64,000 nt of DNA from an uncultured Acidimicrobiaceae bacterium (GTDB lineage Bacteria; Actinomycetota; Acidimicrobiia; Acidimicrobiales; RAAP-2): positions 2,030 through 66,029 of the forward strand of contig CAWECP010000009.1 in NCBI GenBank assembly GCA_963807675.1. The letters are read 5' to 3'. Below are positions 45,564 to 55,145 of the stretch, piece by piece; the stretch's first letter is position 1; each line of letters starts with the position of its first letter. The notes beneath the pieces were generated by a model. That model worked only from the letters and a program-made list of their open reading frames with translations. It did not search any database and was not told where the DNA came from. The position numbers were made by a program, and so were the translations under genes.

Positions 45564-46562
45564 TCAGTAGCTGGCGGGCAACAGCGGGCTGACCGCGCCG
45601 AAGAAGAAGTAGAGGAGCACCAGGATCCCGGCCGTGCCGACGACCCAGGCCAGCCAGCGCTGGCTGCGGAAGCGGCGACCGGCGAGGAGGGTCAGGGCCC
45701 CGAGGACCAGGGCGACGATCCCCCAGAACAGCGCACCGGCCAGGTCGACGCCGTTGTTCCCGGCCAGCTGCTGGCTCTTCGGCGCGGCCTGCCCTTTGCC
45801 CGTGGGCACCGCGGCGAGCCCGGAGTTCGGGAAGAGCTGGGAGTGGGCGAGCTTGGCTTGTACGACCAGGCGGGTCGAGGCGCTGAAGCGCGGGTTGCAG
45901 GTGGTCAGCGTGAGCCAGTCGGCCGGCACGTTGTTGATGACCGAAGAGTCGTTCGGCGAGATGACGAAGGTGCGGAAGGCGTCGTAGACGAAGATGCCCT
46001 GCACCGTGGTCAGGACGATGGGGTCGCCCGGCTTGACCGAGTCGAGGTTGTAGAAGGGATGCCCGTATGTCGTGCGGTGGCCGGCGATGCCGACGTTGCC
46101 GGCCTCGCCCGGCAACGGCGTCCCGATGTAGTGGCCGGGGCCCTTGCGCAGGTCGGGTGTGTTGGTGCCCTCCACCACGATTTGGTTGACGCCGATGACC
46201 GGGATGGTGATCTGGCCGACGGGGTCCCCCTCGAGCGGTGCCGCCATCGGTGGCGCGGTGACCGGCGGTCCGGTGGGCAGCTTGTCGAGCGCGGCTGCCT
46301 CGGCCAGCGCGTGGCGGATCTCCTGCCCGTTGCTCTCCATGATCAGGGTGGAGCGCAGCTGCGACTGGGTGTGCGCCTCTTGGAGTGATGTGCCCCAAAT
46401 TTGGTAGGCGGTGAAGAGGAGGACGAGCACGCCCAGGCCGACGAGGATGCGGCCGGTGATGTCGAGGGCCCGGCGCAGCCGGCCCATCGGCCGCGGCGGG
46501 TGCTCGTGGGGCTGCTCGGTCCCGGTGGCCGGAGTCGCCTCGGCCGCCGTCTGCGTCGTCAC
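45564..46562 (-). CDS. class E sortase
   Basis: TLTTCNP (TLxTC) motif and AGHRTTYG. N- and C-terminal TM helices. Start is GTG 46562 or ATG 46487. Confidence 0.85.
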   Translation of the reverse strand: MTTQTAAEATPATGTEQPHEHPPRPMGRLRRALDITGRILVGLGVLVLLFTAYQIWGTSLQEAHTQSQLRSTLIMESNGQEIRHALAEAAALDKLPTGPPVTAPPMAAPLEGDPVGQITIPVIGVNQIVVEGTNTPDLRKGPGHYIGTPLPGEAGNVGIAGHRTTYGHPFYNLDSVKPGDPIVLTTVQGIFVYDAFRTFVISPNDSSVINNVPADWLTLTTCNPRFSASTRLVVQAKLAHSQLFPNSGLAAVPTGKGQAAPKSQQLAGNNGVDLAGALFWGIVALVLGALTLLAGRRFRSQRWLAWVVGTAGILVLLYFFFGAVSPLLPASY

Positions 46563-46596
46563 TGCCGCTGCCGTGCCGTCGCGCCGCCCGGGTCCG

Positions 46597-47727
46597 CTAT
46601 CCCTCGACGGTGACCAGGGTGCCCAACGGCGTGTAGGGGAACACGACCTCGGCGTTCGCCGGGGGCATCTCGACACAGCCGTCGCTCTGCGGGAAGCCGT
46701 AGGAGCCCCGCACGAACCCGTGCAACGCGTCACCGCCGTTGAAGTAGCTGACCCACGGGATACCGGGGTCCACGTAGTGGGACCCGTCGGGGTTGGTCCC
46801 GCTCATCGTCGTCACGGTGTAGCGGGCGTAGACCGGGAACGTGCCGTCGACCGTCGGCGCCGCCGGCACGCCGGTGTTGGCCAGCGTGCTGTACACCTCG
46901 GCGCCTTCGGAGAACACGGTGGTCGTCTCGGGAAGCGCCTTGTTGACGATGACGAAGTTGTAGGCGTTGGCGTCCCCGTGGCCGCTCTGCACGTCGGCCA
47001 GCAGGTCGGTCCACACCGTGGGACCGGCGATGCCGTCGACCTTGATGCCGTTCTGGTTCTCGAAGTTCATGACGGCGCCGGTGGTGATGACGTTCGCCTG
47101 GCCGGGAGACCACAGCGACGTGAGCGAAGCGGGGAGGTCGGCCCAGCGCCATGAGAAGGTGCCCAGCTGGTTGTTGCCTTCCTGTGTCGGCGAGGTCAGC
47201 GGCGCGGCCGGGGTGAACGACAGCGGCAGGTAGCCGAGCTCGGCCAGGAGTTGTTGGAGGCGGAGCGTCGAGCCGGTCGCGACGGTGAACGAGGACGTGA
47301 CGGTCCTGCTCAGGTGCTGTCCGCCCGAGCTGATGGCGCCGCTCGGCCCGCCGGGAATGGTGATCGTCTCGGTGGCGCCGGGCACGAGTGGACCGGTCGC
47401 CTGGTACTGGAGCAGCGATGGCGACAGCACGGCCCAGCTCCCGGTGACCGGTGGGTCGAGGGTCGGCAGCGGCGAGTTGGGGGCCAGGTCGGTCGAGAAC
47501 TGCACCGAGATGGTGGAGCCGGCCGCGACGTTCGAGCCTGTGGGCGACGTGGAGACCACCTTGAGGGCGGGCGGCGGCGCGGTCGGGCTGGCCGAGGCGG
47601 GCGAGAAGTGGGGGTGGACAGCCACCACGAGCCCGGCCCCGGCGACCACGAGCGCGACGACGCAGACGATGAGGATCACCCACCACCGCTTGCCTCGCGT
47701 TTGCCGGACGTGTCCACCCTGGGCCAT
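46597..47727 (-). CDS. L,D-transpeptidase (YkuD domain)
   Basis: HGF...SDGCVEMP catalytic motif, an N-terminal TM helix, and a PG-binding-like LQQLLAELGYL. Confidence 0.85.
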   Translation of the reverse strand: MAQGGHVRQTRGKRWWVILIVCVVALVVAGAGLVVAVHPHFSPASASPTAPPPALKVVSTSPTGSNVAAGSTISVQFSTDLAPNSPLPTLDPPVTGSWAVLSPSLLQYQATGPLVPGATETITIPGGPSGAISSGGQHLSRTVTSSFTVATGSTLRLQQLLAELGYLPLSFTPAAPLTSPTQEGNNQLGTFSWRWADLPASLTSLWSPGQANVITTGAVMNFENQNGIKVDGIAGPTVWTDLLADVQSGHGDANAYNFVIVNKALPETTTVFSEGAEVYSTLANTGVPAAPTVDGTFPVYARYTVTTMSGTNPDGSHYVDPGIPWVSYFNGGDALHGFVRGSYGFPQSDGCVEMPPANAEVVFPYTPLGTLVTVEG

Positions 47728-47772
47728 GGCAGAGGGATTCTACCGGGACCACCCTGGTTGTGGGGTTAGGGC

Positions 47773-50133
47773 CTAAATGCCTAGTTCCCGCTCGAGGGCG
47801 TCGGTCACCGCACCCAGGCGTGTGGCGTCGGTGATTTTGGACCCGTTCGACTCACGCACGTAGAAGGCGTCAACCACCATTTCACCCAGTGTGGAGACCC
47901 GGGCCGAGACGACATCGAGGTCGGCCTCGAAGAGCGCCCGGGTGATCCGGTGCAGGAAGCCGATTTCGTCGGGCGCCCGCACCTCGAGCACGGTGGCCGT
48001 GGCGGAGGCCTCGTTGTCGACGCTGACGTCACTCCCCGGGAGGTGGGCGGCGGACTGCCGGCGGAGCGGGTAGACGCGCTCGCGCTCGGACAGCCGCTCG
48101 GCCAGCGCAAGCCGATCGGACAACACGGCGGCCAGGTCCTCGCGTAGCTTGGCCGTGTCCGGCCAGGTGCCCCGAGCCACCTCGACCGTGAAGACTTCGA
48201 CGGCCACCCCTTCCGCGCCGCCCACGTTGGCCGCGCGCACGTCCATGCCGTTGAGGGCGAGGGCGCCGGCGACCGAGGAAAAGAGGCCGCGCCGGTCGGG
48301 CGCGGCGACGATGACCTGAGGTGGACGCAGCAACACCGACGGCAGGCCGGTCTGGCGCACCTCGTCGACCAGGTCGCGATGGGCCGCCGGGAGCGGGTCC
48401 GGTCCCACCGGCGCGGCGGACTCACCCTGTAGCAGCTTGTCGGCCCGCTCGACCAGGTCGGCCACGAGTCCCGCCTTCCAGGCGCCCCAGGCGGAGGGGC
48501 CGGTAGCGCGGCTGTCAGCCTCGGTCAGCGCAGCGAGCAGGTGCAAGGTGAGACGGTTGCCGGCGGCGGCGGCCACACGGGCGACGGTGGTGGGATCGTC
48601 GAGGTCGCGGCGCGTCGCCGTGTCGGGCAGCAGGAGATGGTGGCGCACCAGGTCGACGAGGACCTCGACGTCGGCCGGCGCGAAGCCCATGCGCGTGCCG
48701 ATGCGGCCCACGACTTCGATCCCCGCCGACGTGTGGTCGCCCGGGAAGCCCTTGCCGATGTCGTGCAGCAGCGCGCCCACCAGAAGGAGGTCGGGTCGCT
48801 CGACGCGGTCGGTCAGCTCGGCGGCCAGCGCGGCGGCCTCGAGCAGATGCCGGTCGACGGTGAAGCGGTGGTAGGCGTTGCGCTGCGGCTTGTTCCTCAC
48901 GGCCGCCCACTCGGGGATCAGGCGGACCAGGAGGCCGTGCTGGTCGAGCGACTCGATTTTGTCGACGGCGGGCGGGCCCAGCCCGAGCAGCGCCACCAGC
49001 GCCTGGCGGGTCTCGGGCGTCCACGGATCGGACGGCGCGGGCATGCGGTCGGCCAGGCGGTGCAGCGAGCCCCTGGCGATGGGCCGGTCGCGCTTCGCGG
49101 CCGTATAGGCGAGACGGAGGGGCAGCGACGCGTCGGTCGAGACGGGCGCCTCGGGCGTGAGGGCGATTTCACCGTCCACCTCGACCATGTCCGGCCCCAG
49201 CTCGGTCGTGGTGTGGTCCTTGGGCGTGGTGTCGGGCGCGTGCCGGCGGAAGCGACGCCGGGGCGGCGGAGTCGGATCCCACAGGCGCCGGCGCCGCCAC
49301 ACGTCGTCGCTCACCCAGGCGATCTGGCGGCCGGCGTTGGACACGGCGGCCATGAGGTCGTCGGCATCGGGGAACGCGAGCGCGGCGGCCACCTGGTCCT
49401 GGTCCTGCAGCAGGAGCTTGTCGTGCTCGCGCCGAGCCATTCGGTGGAGCTCGACGCGGATGGTCGTCAAGAGCGCGGTGGCGCCCTCGAGGGAGGACAG
49501 GTCGGCGTAGTCCGGCAGCTCGGGCGCGTACACGGAGATGGCGCGCAGCACGCTCACGTCGCGCAATCCGCCGTGGCTCTCCTTGAGGTCGGGCTCGAGG
49601 AGGAAGGCGACGTCGCCGGCGGCCGCCCGGCGCGCGGCCATCTGGGCCTCGAGGAGCGGCAGGTACTTGGTCCCGAGCTTGTCGCGCCAGGCCGTGCGGG
49701 CCCGTTCCAGCAGCGGGTCCGCGATGCGGGACTCGCCCCAGATCAGGCGCGCATCGAGGAGGCCGAGGGCGACGCGGGCGTCGTCGGCCGCGGCCGTCAG
49801 CACCTCGGCGGGCCGCCGCACCGAGTGATCCAGGTGGACGCCCTCGTCCCACACCGGGTACCAGATGCCGTCGGCCACCGCCTTGATGTCGCGATGGCCA
49901 TTGTGGACGAGCACCACATCGAGGTCGCTGTAGGGGCACAGCGAGCTACGCCCGTAGCCGCCCACGGCCACCAGGGCCAGGTGCCGCCGGGCCTCCCCGG
50001 CCGCCTGGTCGGCCAGGTCGGAGAGCCATTCGTCGGCCTCGGCCGAGTAGCGGCGGCAGAATTCTTGGCCCATCAGGCCTTTCTCGGCCAGCAGCCGGCT
50101 GCGCCGCTCACGCAGTGACGCTTCGGCGACCAT
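47773..50133 (-). CDS. glnD: [protein-PII] uridylyl/adenylyl-transferase
   Basis: GGYGRSSLCPYSDLDV nucleotidyltransferase motif, HD domain LLHDIGKG, and two C-terminal ACT-like segments. Confidence 0.9.
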   Translation of the reverse strand: MVAEASLRERRSRLLAEKGLMGQEFCRRYSAEADEWLSDLADQAAGEARRHLALVAVGGYGRSSLCPYSDLDVVLVHNGHRDIKAVADGIWYPVWDEGVHLDHSVRRPAEVLTAAADDARVALGLLDARLIWGESRIADPLLERARTAWRDKLGTKYLPLLEAQMAARRAAAGDVAFLLEPDLKESHGGLRDVSVLRAISVYAPELPDYADLSSLEGATALLTTIRVELHRMARREHDKLLLQDQDQVAAALAFPDADDLMAAVSNAGRQIAWVSDDVWRRRRLWDPTPPPRRRFRRHAPDTTPKDHTTTELGPDMVEVDGEIALTPEAPVSTDASLPLRLAYTAAKRDRPIARGSLHRLADRMPAPSDPWTPETRQALVALLGLGPPAVDKIESLDQHGLLVRLIPEWAAVRNKPQRNAYHRFTVDRHLLEAAALAAELTDRVERPDLLLVGALLHDIGKGFPGDHTSAGIEVVGRIGTRMGFAPADVEVLVDLVRHHLLLPDTATRRDLDDPTTVARVAAAAGNRLTLHLLAALTEADSRATGPSAWGAWKAGLVADLVERADKLLQGESAAPVGPDPLPAAHRDLVDEVRQTGLPSVLLRPPQVIVAAPDRRGLFSSVAGALALNGMDVRAANVGGAEGVAVEVFTVEVARGTWPDTAKLREDLAAVLSDRLALAERLSERERVYPLRRQSAAHLPGSDVSVDNEASATATVLEVRAPDEIGFLHRITRALFEADLDVVSARVSTLGEMVVDAFYVRESNGSKITDATRLGAVTDALERELGI

Positions 50134-50195
50134 GGCGGGAACGTAGCATTGGGCTCGTGAGTAAAGAGGTAAGCAGTCGCGAGGGAAAGAGCCCG

Positions 50196-50366
50196 ATGAC
50201 CTTCACCCACGCGGTGGCCATGACGGCCGTCGGCGTGGTCGGGATCGTCATCGCCTTCTGGATCCTCTCCAGCCTTCTGGGCGTCCTTTGGTTCTTCGTC
50301 AAGATCGCGGCGATCGTCGCCCTGATCGCCGGCGTGTTCTGGGTGGTCTCCCGGATGCGCCGCTAG
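50196..50366 (+). CDS. small two-TM membrane protein
   Basis: 56 aa, MTFTHAVAMTAVGVVGIVIAFWILSSLLGVLWFFVKIAAIVALIAGVFWVVSRMRR. Supported only by hydrophobicity. Confidence 0.35.
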   Translation: MTFTHAVAMTAVGVVGIVIAFWILSSLLGVLWFFVKIAAIVALIAGVFWVVSRMRR

Positions 50367-50500
50367 CGGCCACCGGTTGGGGGCGAGACGTGGCCCCGCC
50401 TGGGCGGGACGAGTCTCGAACAAACCTGGGGCTGAGGGAGAGCTGGGAGGCCAGCTTGGACCAAACCGTCCCAGTTCCGTGTCTCTTGGCGTCGTGGCAC

Positions 50501-50572
50501 GGCGGCGTGGCCGAGTGGTTTAGGCAGGGGCCTGCAAAGCCCCGTACGGCGGTTCGATTCCGCCCGCCGCCT
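50501..50572 (+). tRNA. tRNA-Cys (GCA)
   Basis: Acceptor GGCGGCG/CGCCGCC, anticodon stem GGGGC/GCCCC with loop CTGCAAA, and T arm GGCGG-TTCGATT-CCGCC. Confidence 0.85.
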
Positions 50573-50834
50573 CAACGAGTTCCCCCCCATCAGCTTCCGT
50601 ACCGGGTTGGTGCTCGCCCTTCGGGCGTTTCGTGCGTGCGCCACGGCTCCTCAGGGTCCGGGACGGGTCTGCGCAGCCTGGGCGGCGGTGATCGCGCCAT
50701 GGAGACAGCCCGCGACGGAGGGTGTACGGAGGCGGTTCGCGGTCTGAGGCTTCCTGCCGGCAGCGTAGGTGGGGGAGTGCCCACATCGGCCCAGGAGAAT
50801 GGGGGACGCCCGTCCTTGGCTTTAGAGTGACCCG

Positions 50835-51455
50835 GTGCAGATCAGCGATGTCCGAAGATCGGCCTCCGCTGCGCACGCCGAGCCTGGAGTTGACCGCATT
50901 CGTGCGCGCCTCCTCGTTCTCGTCACCGGACTGCCAGGGACCGGCAAGTCGACCATGGCCGAGGTGGCCGCTCGTGCACTGGGAGCACCCGTGCTCGGCC
51001 ACGACTGGGCCATGAGCGGACTGCGCCCCTTCCGAGAGATGGAGCAGGCGCTCGACGACATGGGCTTCGCGGGCCGACGGACCGTGGGGTGGTCGATCCT
51101 GTGGTCGCTGGCGCGGGAGCAGCTCCGGCTCGGCTCATCGGTGGTGCTCGACGGTGTCGCCCGCCAGCCCGAGGTCGTCCGGGCCCGAGAGGTCGCGGGA
51201 GAAGAGCGCGTCGAGAGCCTCGTGCTCATGACCGCCTGCGAGGACGCGGCGGTGCACCGCTCACGGGTCGATGGACGTCAGCGAGGCATCCCGGATTGGT
51301 ACGAATTGGACTGGGTTCATGTCGCCCAGGCCCGCGCCTCATGGGAGGCACCGTCCGACGTCGACCTGGTGCTGCCGGCGACGGATCCGCTGGAGGACAA
51401 CGTCCACCGCGTCCGAATCGCCCTGGCGGCTGGTCGCGGGGTGACCGAGACGTGA
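50835..51455 (+). CDS. P-loop kinase-like ATP-binding protein (AAA_33-like)
   Basis: Walker A GLPGTGKST close to the N-terminus; about 200 aa. Confidence 0.6.
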   Translation: MQISDVRRSASAAHAEPGVDRIRARLLVLVTGLPGTGKSTMAEVAARALGAPVLGHDWAMSGLRPFREMEQALDDMGFAGRRTVGWSILWSLAREQLRLGSSVVLDGVARQPEVVRAREVAGEERVESLVLMTACEDAAVHRSRVDGRQRGIPDWYELDWVHVAQARASWEAPSDVDLVLPATDPLEDNVHRVRIALAAGRGVTET

Positions 51456-51466
51456 CTGCTTCCGGA

Positions 51467-51935
51467 TCAGGTAACACGATGCTGACTGTGGGGAAGAGGG
51501 GGCTCGTCAGCGCGAAGTCGGCCGCACCGGGTGTCACGGGGAGCCCGATGGCGGCCCACACGTACCACGAGGCGATGGCGCCGAGGTCGTCGTTGCCAGG
51601 CTCGTCGACCGGCGCATCTGCGTACTCGGTGTCGGAGATGGCGCGCACGACGCGGTGGGTCTGGGCGGGCGCGCCGAGGAAATCGAAGAGCCAGGGCGCC
51701 CACTCGCCGGGCTCGTTGCCGGACCAGTCGCAGGGGGCGTCGCGGTGTCGTTCAGCTGCGTGAAGAACTTCTCGAGCTTGGCCACCGCGGCGGCGTCGCC
51801 GCCCATCGAGCGAGGCCTCGGCGGCCACGTCCTGGGGGACGTAGCCGGTTGGACGGCGTTGCCCTCCTCGAGCCCAGTTGGCCGCCGGGCTCGAACCGGG
51901 AGGTCTCGAAGGCCGGCCCCGGCGCAGCCTAAGGG
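51467..51935 (-). pseudogene. internal fragment of a GH92-family alpha-mannosidase-like gene
   Basis: EGNAVQ, GYVPQDV, GGDAAAVAKLEKFF, DWSGNEPGEWAPWLFDF, EPGNDDLGAIASWYVW and TSPLF follow GH92 motif order (EGNAWQY, VPHD, GNEP, GNDDxGxMSAWYV). They sit in alternating frames, and both ends are truncated. Confidence 0.55.
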
Positions 51936-52002
51936 TCGGGTGGGCTGGGCCGGCGTCGCTCGTGCCGCGAGACCATCCGCGGTCCTGTCACATCCCGCTG
52001 CC

Positions 52003-52737
52003 ATGCTCGCCCGCATGGGTGCGTGGACCTCGGGCGAGGTGCTCGGGCTGGATTTCGAGACCACGGGCATCGACCGCTTCGAGGACGTCCCCGTCTCGTA
52101 CGCGCTGGTGTCGGTGGTGGACGGCGTGCTGGTGCGCAGCTGGTCGGGCCTCATCGACCCGGGTCGGGAGATCCCGGCCGACGCCACCGAGGTCCACGGG
52201 ATCACGACCGAGCGGGCGCGTGCCGAGGGGATGCCGCTCGACGAGGCCATCGCATTGGTGTCCGATGCCGTCGTGGCGGCGAGCCGACGCGGCGCACCGC
52301 TGGCGGGGATGAAGCTGGACTTCGACCTGACATTGCTTGAGACGCAGGCGGCGCTGCGCCGCGGGCGAGGCCTCGTGGCGCGGGGCTGGCACGGCCCGGT
52401 GCTCGACGCCGGCGTGATCGACCGCCACTTCGATCCTGACCGCCACGGCCGGAGGACGCTGGTCGATCTCTGCGCCCACTACGGGATCCCCTTCGAGAGC
52501 GCGCACGACGCATCCGCCGATGCCATCGCCTCCGTTCAGGTCCTGTTCGCGCTGGCCGAGCGTTTCGAGGAGGTGCGGGGGGCCGACCTGAGTCGGCTGC
52601 ACGCCGAGCAGATCCTCTGGCACCGGGCGTGGGCCGAGGACGTGGACGACTGGCGGGTCTCGCAGGGCATGGTCCCGATCGACCGCCGCGATTTCGTCTG
52701 GCCGGTGGCGCCGGCAGTCATGCCGCCGGCCGCCTGA
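52003..52737 (+). CDS. DEDDh 3'-5' exonuclease (DnaQ-like)
   Basis: LGLDFETTG (Exo I), HGIT, and HDASADAIA (Exo III, HxxxD). Confidence 0.75.
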   Translation: MLARMGAWTSGEVLGLDFETTGIDRFEDVPVSYALVSVVDGVLVRSWSGLIDPGREIPADATEVHGITTERARAEGMPLDEAIALVSDAVVAASRRGAPLAGMKLDFDLTLLETQAALRRGRGLVARGWHGPVLDAGVIDRHFDPDRHGRRTLVDLCAHYGIPFESAHDASADAIASVQVLFALAERFEEVRGADLSRLHAEQILWHRAWAEDVDDWRVSQGMVPIDRRDFVWPVAPAVMPPAA

Positions 52738-52749
52738 TCGCCGGTTGGT

Positions 52750-53631
52750 TCAGACCTTCAGCAGGTCCCAGACCATGTCGACGCCCTCGTTCTCTGCGAG
52801 GACGACCTTGGCTGGGTGCTTCTTGTCGATGTGGCCGACCAGGCCGTTGTAGACCGAGTAGCCCACCAGCTCCTGGAGGCGCTTGGGGAAGGTCTTGACG
52901 AGGGCCGGCGGGATGCCCAGCTGCTGGTTCTCCTGCTGGCGGATGTAACCGGCGCAATAGTTCATGGCGATGCCGACGCGGCGCTCGTCGGTGTGGTTGG
53001 CGCCACCGCCGTGCCACAGGCTGCCCACCCAGACCAGCACGCTGCCCTTCGGCATTTCGGCCGGGATGGTGTCGTAGAGCTCGAGAGGGTTTGGCGGCTC
53101 GTCGAACAGATGGCTGCCGGGGACGAGCCGGGTCGCCCCGTTCTGCTCGCTGAAGTCGGTGATGGCCCACATGGTGTTGCAGATGATCGGCACGTGCGGT
53201 CGGGGGAGCGGTATGAGCTGGTCGTCGGCGTGGACGGGCTGGGCCTGTTCGTCGGCTCCGATGGCGATGGAGGAGAGCGACGAGATGAGGAGCCCAGGGT
53301 CGAGGACGCCCTCCACGACGGGCAGCACGTTGGGATGCACTGGGATCTTCTGGAAGGTCTCGCCGTGGACCAACAGGTTGTAAATGCGCGTGGTGTGCAG
53401 GCCTTCGAAGAGGTTGGTCGCCGGCACGATGCCGAGGTCGCGCTCGAGCTTGAGCAGCGCCTCGTCGATTTCGTCGACCAGCTCCGGCTCGATGGCGTCG
53501 GGGAGGACGGTGTAGCCGTCCTCGGCGATCCTGCGCAGGTGGTCCTCGAGGTCGGGGAGAGGGCTGGTGGCGTTGCCGGGAGTACCGACGGTGCCAGGGG
53601 CGGCGTCGCTGCTGGTGTCGCTGGGGGTCAC
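52750..53631 (-). CDS. phytanoyl-CoA dioxygenase (PhyH) family protein
   Basis: PVHADDQ, GATRLVPGSH and WHGGGAN motifs. GTG start at 53631; the longer ORF would run through tRNA-Val. Confidence 0.75.
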   Translation of the reverse strand: MTPSDTSSDAAPGTVGTPGNATSPLPDLEDHLRRIAEDGYTVLPDAIEPELVDEIDEALLKLERDLGIVPATNLFEGLHTTRIYNLLVHGETFQKIPVHPNVLPVVEGVLDPGLLISSLSSIAIGADEQAQPVHADDQLIPLPRPHVPIICNTMWAITDFSEQNGATRLVPGSHLFDEPPNPLELYDTIPAEMPKGSVLVWVGSLWHGGGANHTDERRVGIAMNYCAGYIRQQENQQLGIPPALVKTFPKRLQELVGYSVYNGLVGHIDKKHPAKVVLAENEGVDMVWDLLKV

Positions 53632-53717
53632 GTCGTGAATTGTACGGCGGTGGTGCACCTCAGGTTCTTGTGCGGGGCCAGGGCCGAATTGGCCTGGTGG
53701 TAGGGTCTTCGCCTTCG

Positions 53718-53790
53718 GGGCCGTTGGCGCAGTTGGTAGCGCACTTGCATGACGCGCAAGGGGCCACAGGTTCGAGTCCTGTACGGCCCA
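53718..53790 (+). tRNA. tRNA-Val (GAC)
   Basis: Acceptor GGGCCGT/ACGGCCC, D arm GCGC-AGTTGGTA-GCGC, anticodon stem CTTGC/GCAAG with loop ATGACGC, and T arm ACAGG-TTCGAGT-CCTGT. Confidence 0.9.
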
Positions 53791-53937
53791 CACATTCTGA
53801 GCAGGTGAAACGAGCGAAATCCCTTCATTGGCTGAACATGGGATCCCGGTCGGTGGGGTTCTGTGGGGTGTGATGGGTCCCGCCATTCACCGGCCGAGCG
53901 GTTGACCTCTGAACTAATTCAGATATCATGACGGGAC

Positions 53938-54399
53938 ATGAAGACGCTCCCGGTGCCCTACAGCAACTTCCTTCGGGGACCCAACGACGTCCTGCCCGCG
54001 CTCGAGGAGGGAGACGTGATCCTCGAGCGCCGAAATGACGAGAACCTCGTGCTGACGACGCTCCGCCGGTTCTCGGCCCGGGAGGCGGGGACCGCGCTGG
54101 CCACCCACCTGGTGGCCGACATCGCCCGGGAGAACCCCGGGATCTTGGAGGGCTACCTCGAGCGTGAGCTGCCGTGGCTGCACTGGCTCCCCGACGATGA
54201 TCGGGCGTTGGCGGTCAAGGAGATCTTCCAAGAGATGCTCGCCGGCGCCGAGACCGGCCTGTTCGCCCCCTTCTCCCAAACCCTGGTCGAGTGGCGCGAC
54301 ACGGCGATGATCTGGAGCGACCCCGAGCTGGCCCGGCGCTTGTCCTCGGCCCACTCCGGCGACGGCCCGGAGATCACACGGCCCTCTCGCGCCAAGTAG
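53938..54399 (+). CDS. antitoxin-like protein (Phd/YefM-like N-terminus with extended C-terminal domain)
   Basis: 153 aa. N-terminus NFLRGPNDVLPALEEGDVILERRNDENLVLT resembles Phd/YefM. It is followed 10 nt later by a RelE/ParE-like ORF. Confidence 0.45.
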   Translation: MKTLPVPYSNFLRGPNDVLPALEEGDVILERRNDENLVLTTLRRFSAREAGTALATHLVADIARENPGILEGYLERELPWLHWLPDDDRALAVKEIFQEMLAGAETGLFAPFSQTLVEWRDTAMIWSDPELARRLSSAHSGDGPEITRPSRAK

Positions 54400-54408
54400 C
54401 GAACCTCA

Positions 54409-54772
54409 GTGCCGACCAAGCGCGGCGACGAGATCGCGCGCCCAAGGGCCCTGGACCGTCCGGGCGGTCGATCTGGCGGCTGGGAAGGGCTGGGATCACC
54501 TGGTCGACCAGTTTCCGGAGGCGGCCGACCGTGCGTGGGTCACGATCACGAGCGATCCCTACCGGAGGGAGGAGCGCCAGCATCCCCTCCGGGGCACCCT
54601 GGCGTGGGCCACAGTCTGCGGGAAGCGGTTGGAACAGTGGGAGTTCGAGATGACCGGCGGAGGACGGCTCCGCTATGTGATCGATCCGGCAACGCGCACC
54701 CTGTGGATCACCCATGCCGGGGTCGGACATCCAAAGGACACCGACAAGCCCCGGAGGAAGAAGCGAGGGTAG
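54409..54772 (+). CDS. RelE/ParE-superfamily-like toxin candidate, one apparent 1-nt insertion at a C3 run (54441-54443)
   Basis: GTG start VPTKRGDEIAR, then in the next frame QGPWTVRAVDLAAGKGWDHLVDQFPEAADRAWVTITSDP...LEQWEFEMTGGGRLRYVIDPATRTLWITHAGVGHPKDTD. This frame is not in the ORF track because it lacks its own start. Confidence 0.4.
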
Positions 54773-55145
54773 ATCTCGAACTTGAGCTCACCCAGTTCAG
54801 CTCCGATGGATGTCAGCGGCGCAGTCGCCGAAACGCTGCGCGCACGTGTCAGGCGTCCAAACCGAGCGAATGGGAGCGCCACCTACGTGCGAGCTCGCCT
54901 GGCTCGTAACTCGGCGCTCATCCATTCACACGTCGCCCCCGCCACCAAGTGTGGGCGTTTTCAGCGCCTTCTTGCGTATGCACAGGCCGCTGACCAGCAT
55001 GTTTGGTCGGCGGTTTCTGTGTTTATGGGGACAGTTTGTGGGGACCTACTCAGCCCTTGCGTATGCAGCATGTGCAGGGTGGCGAGGCAATGAGCGGCCC
55101 GTACGCTGCGGTTTCGCGGTCGAGGTTTGGGGGCCGGCGAAGTGT

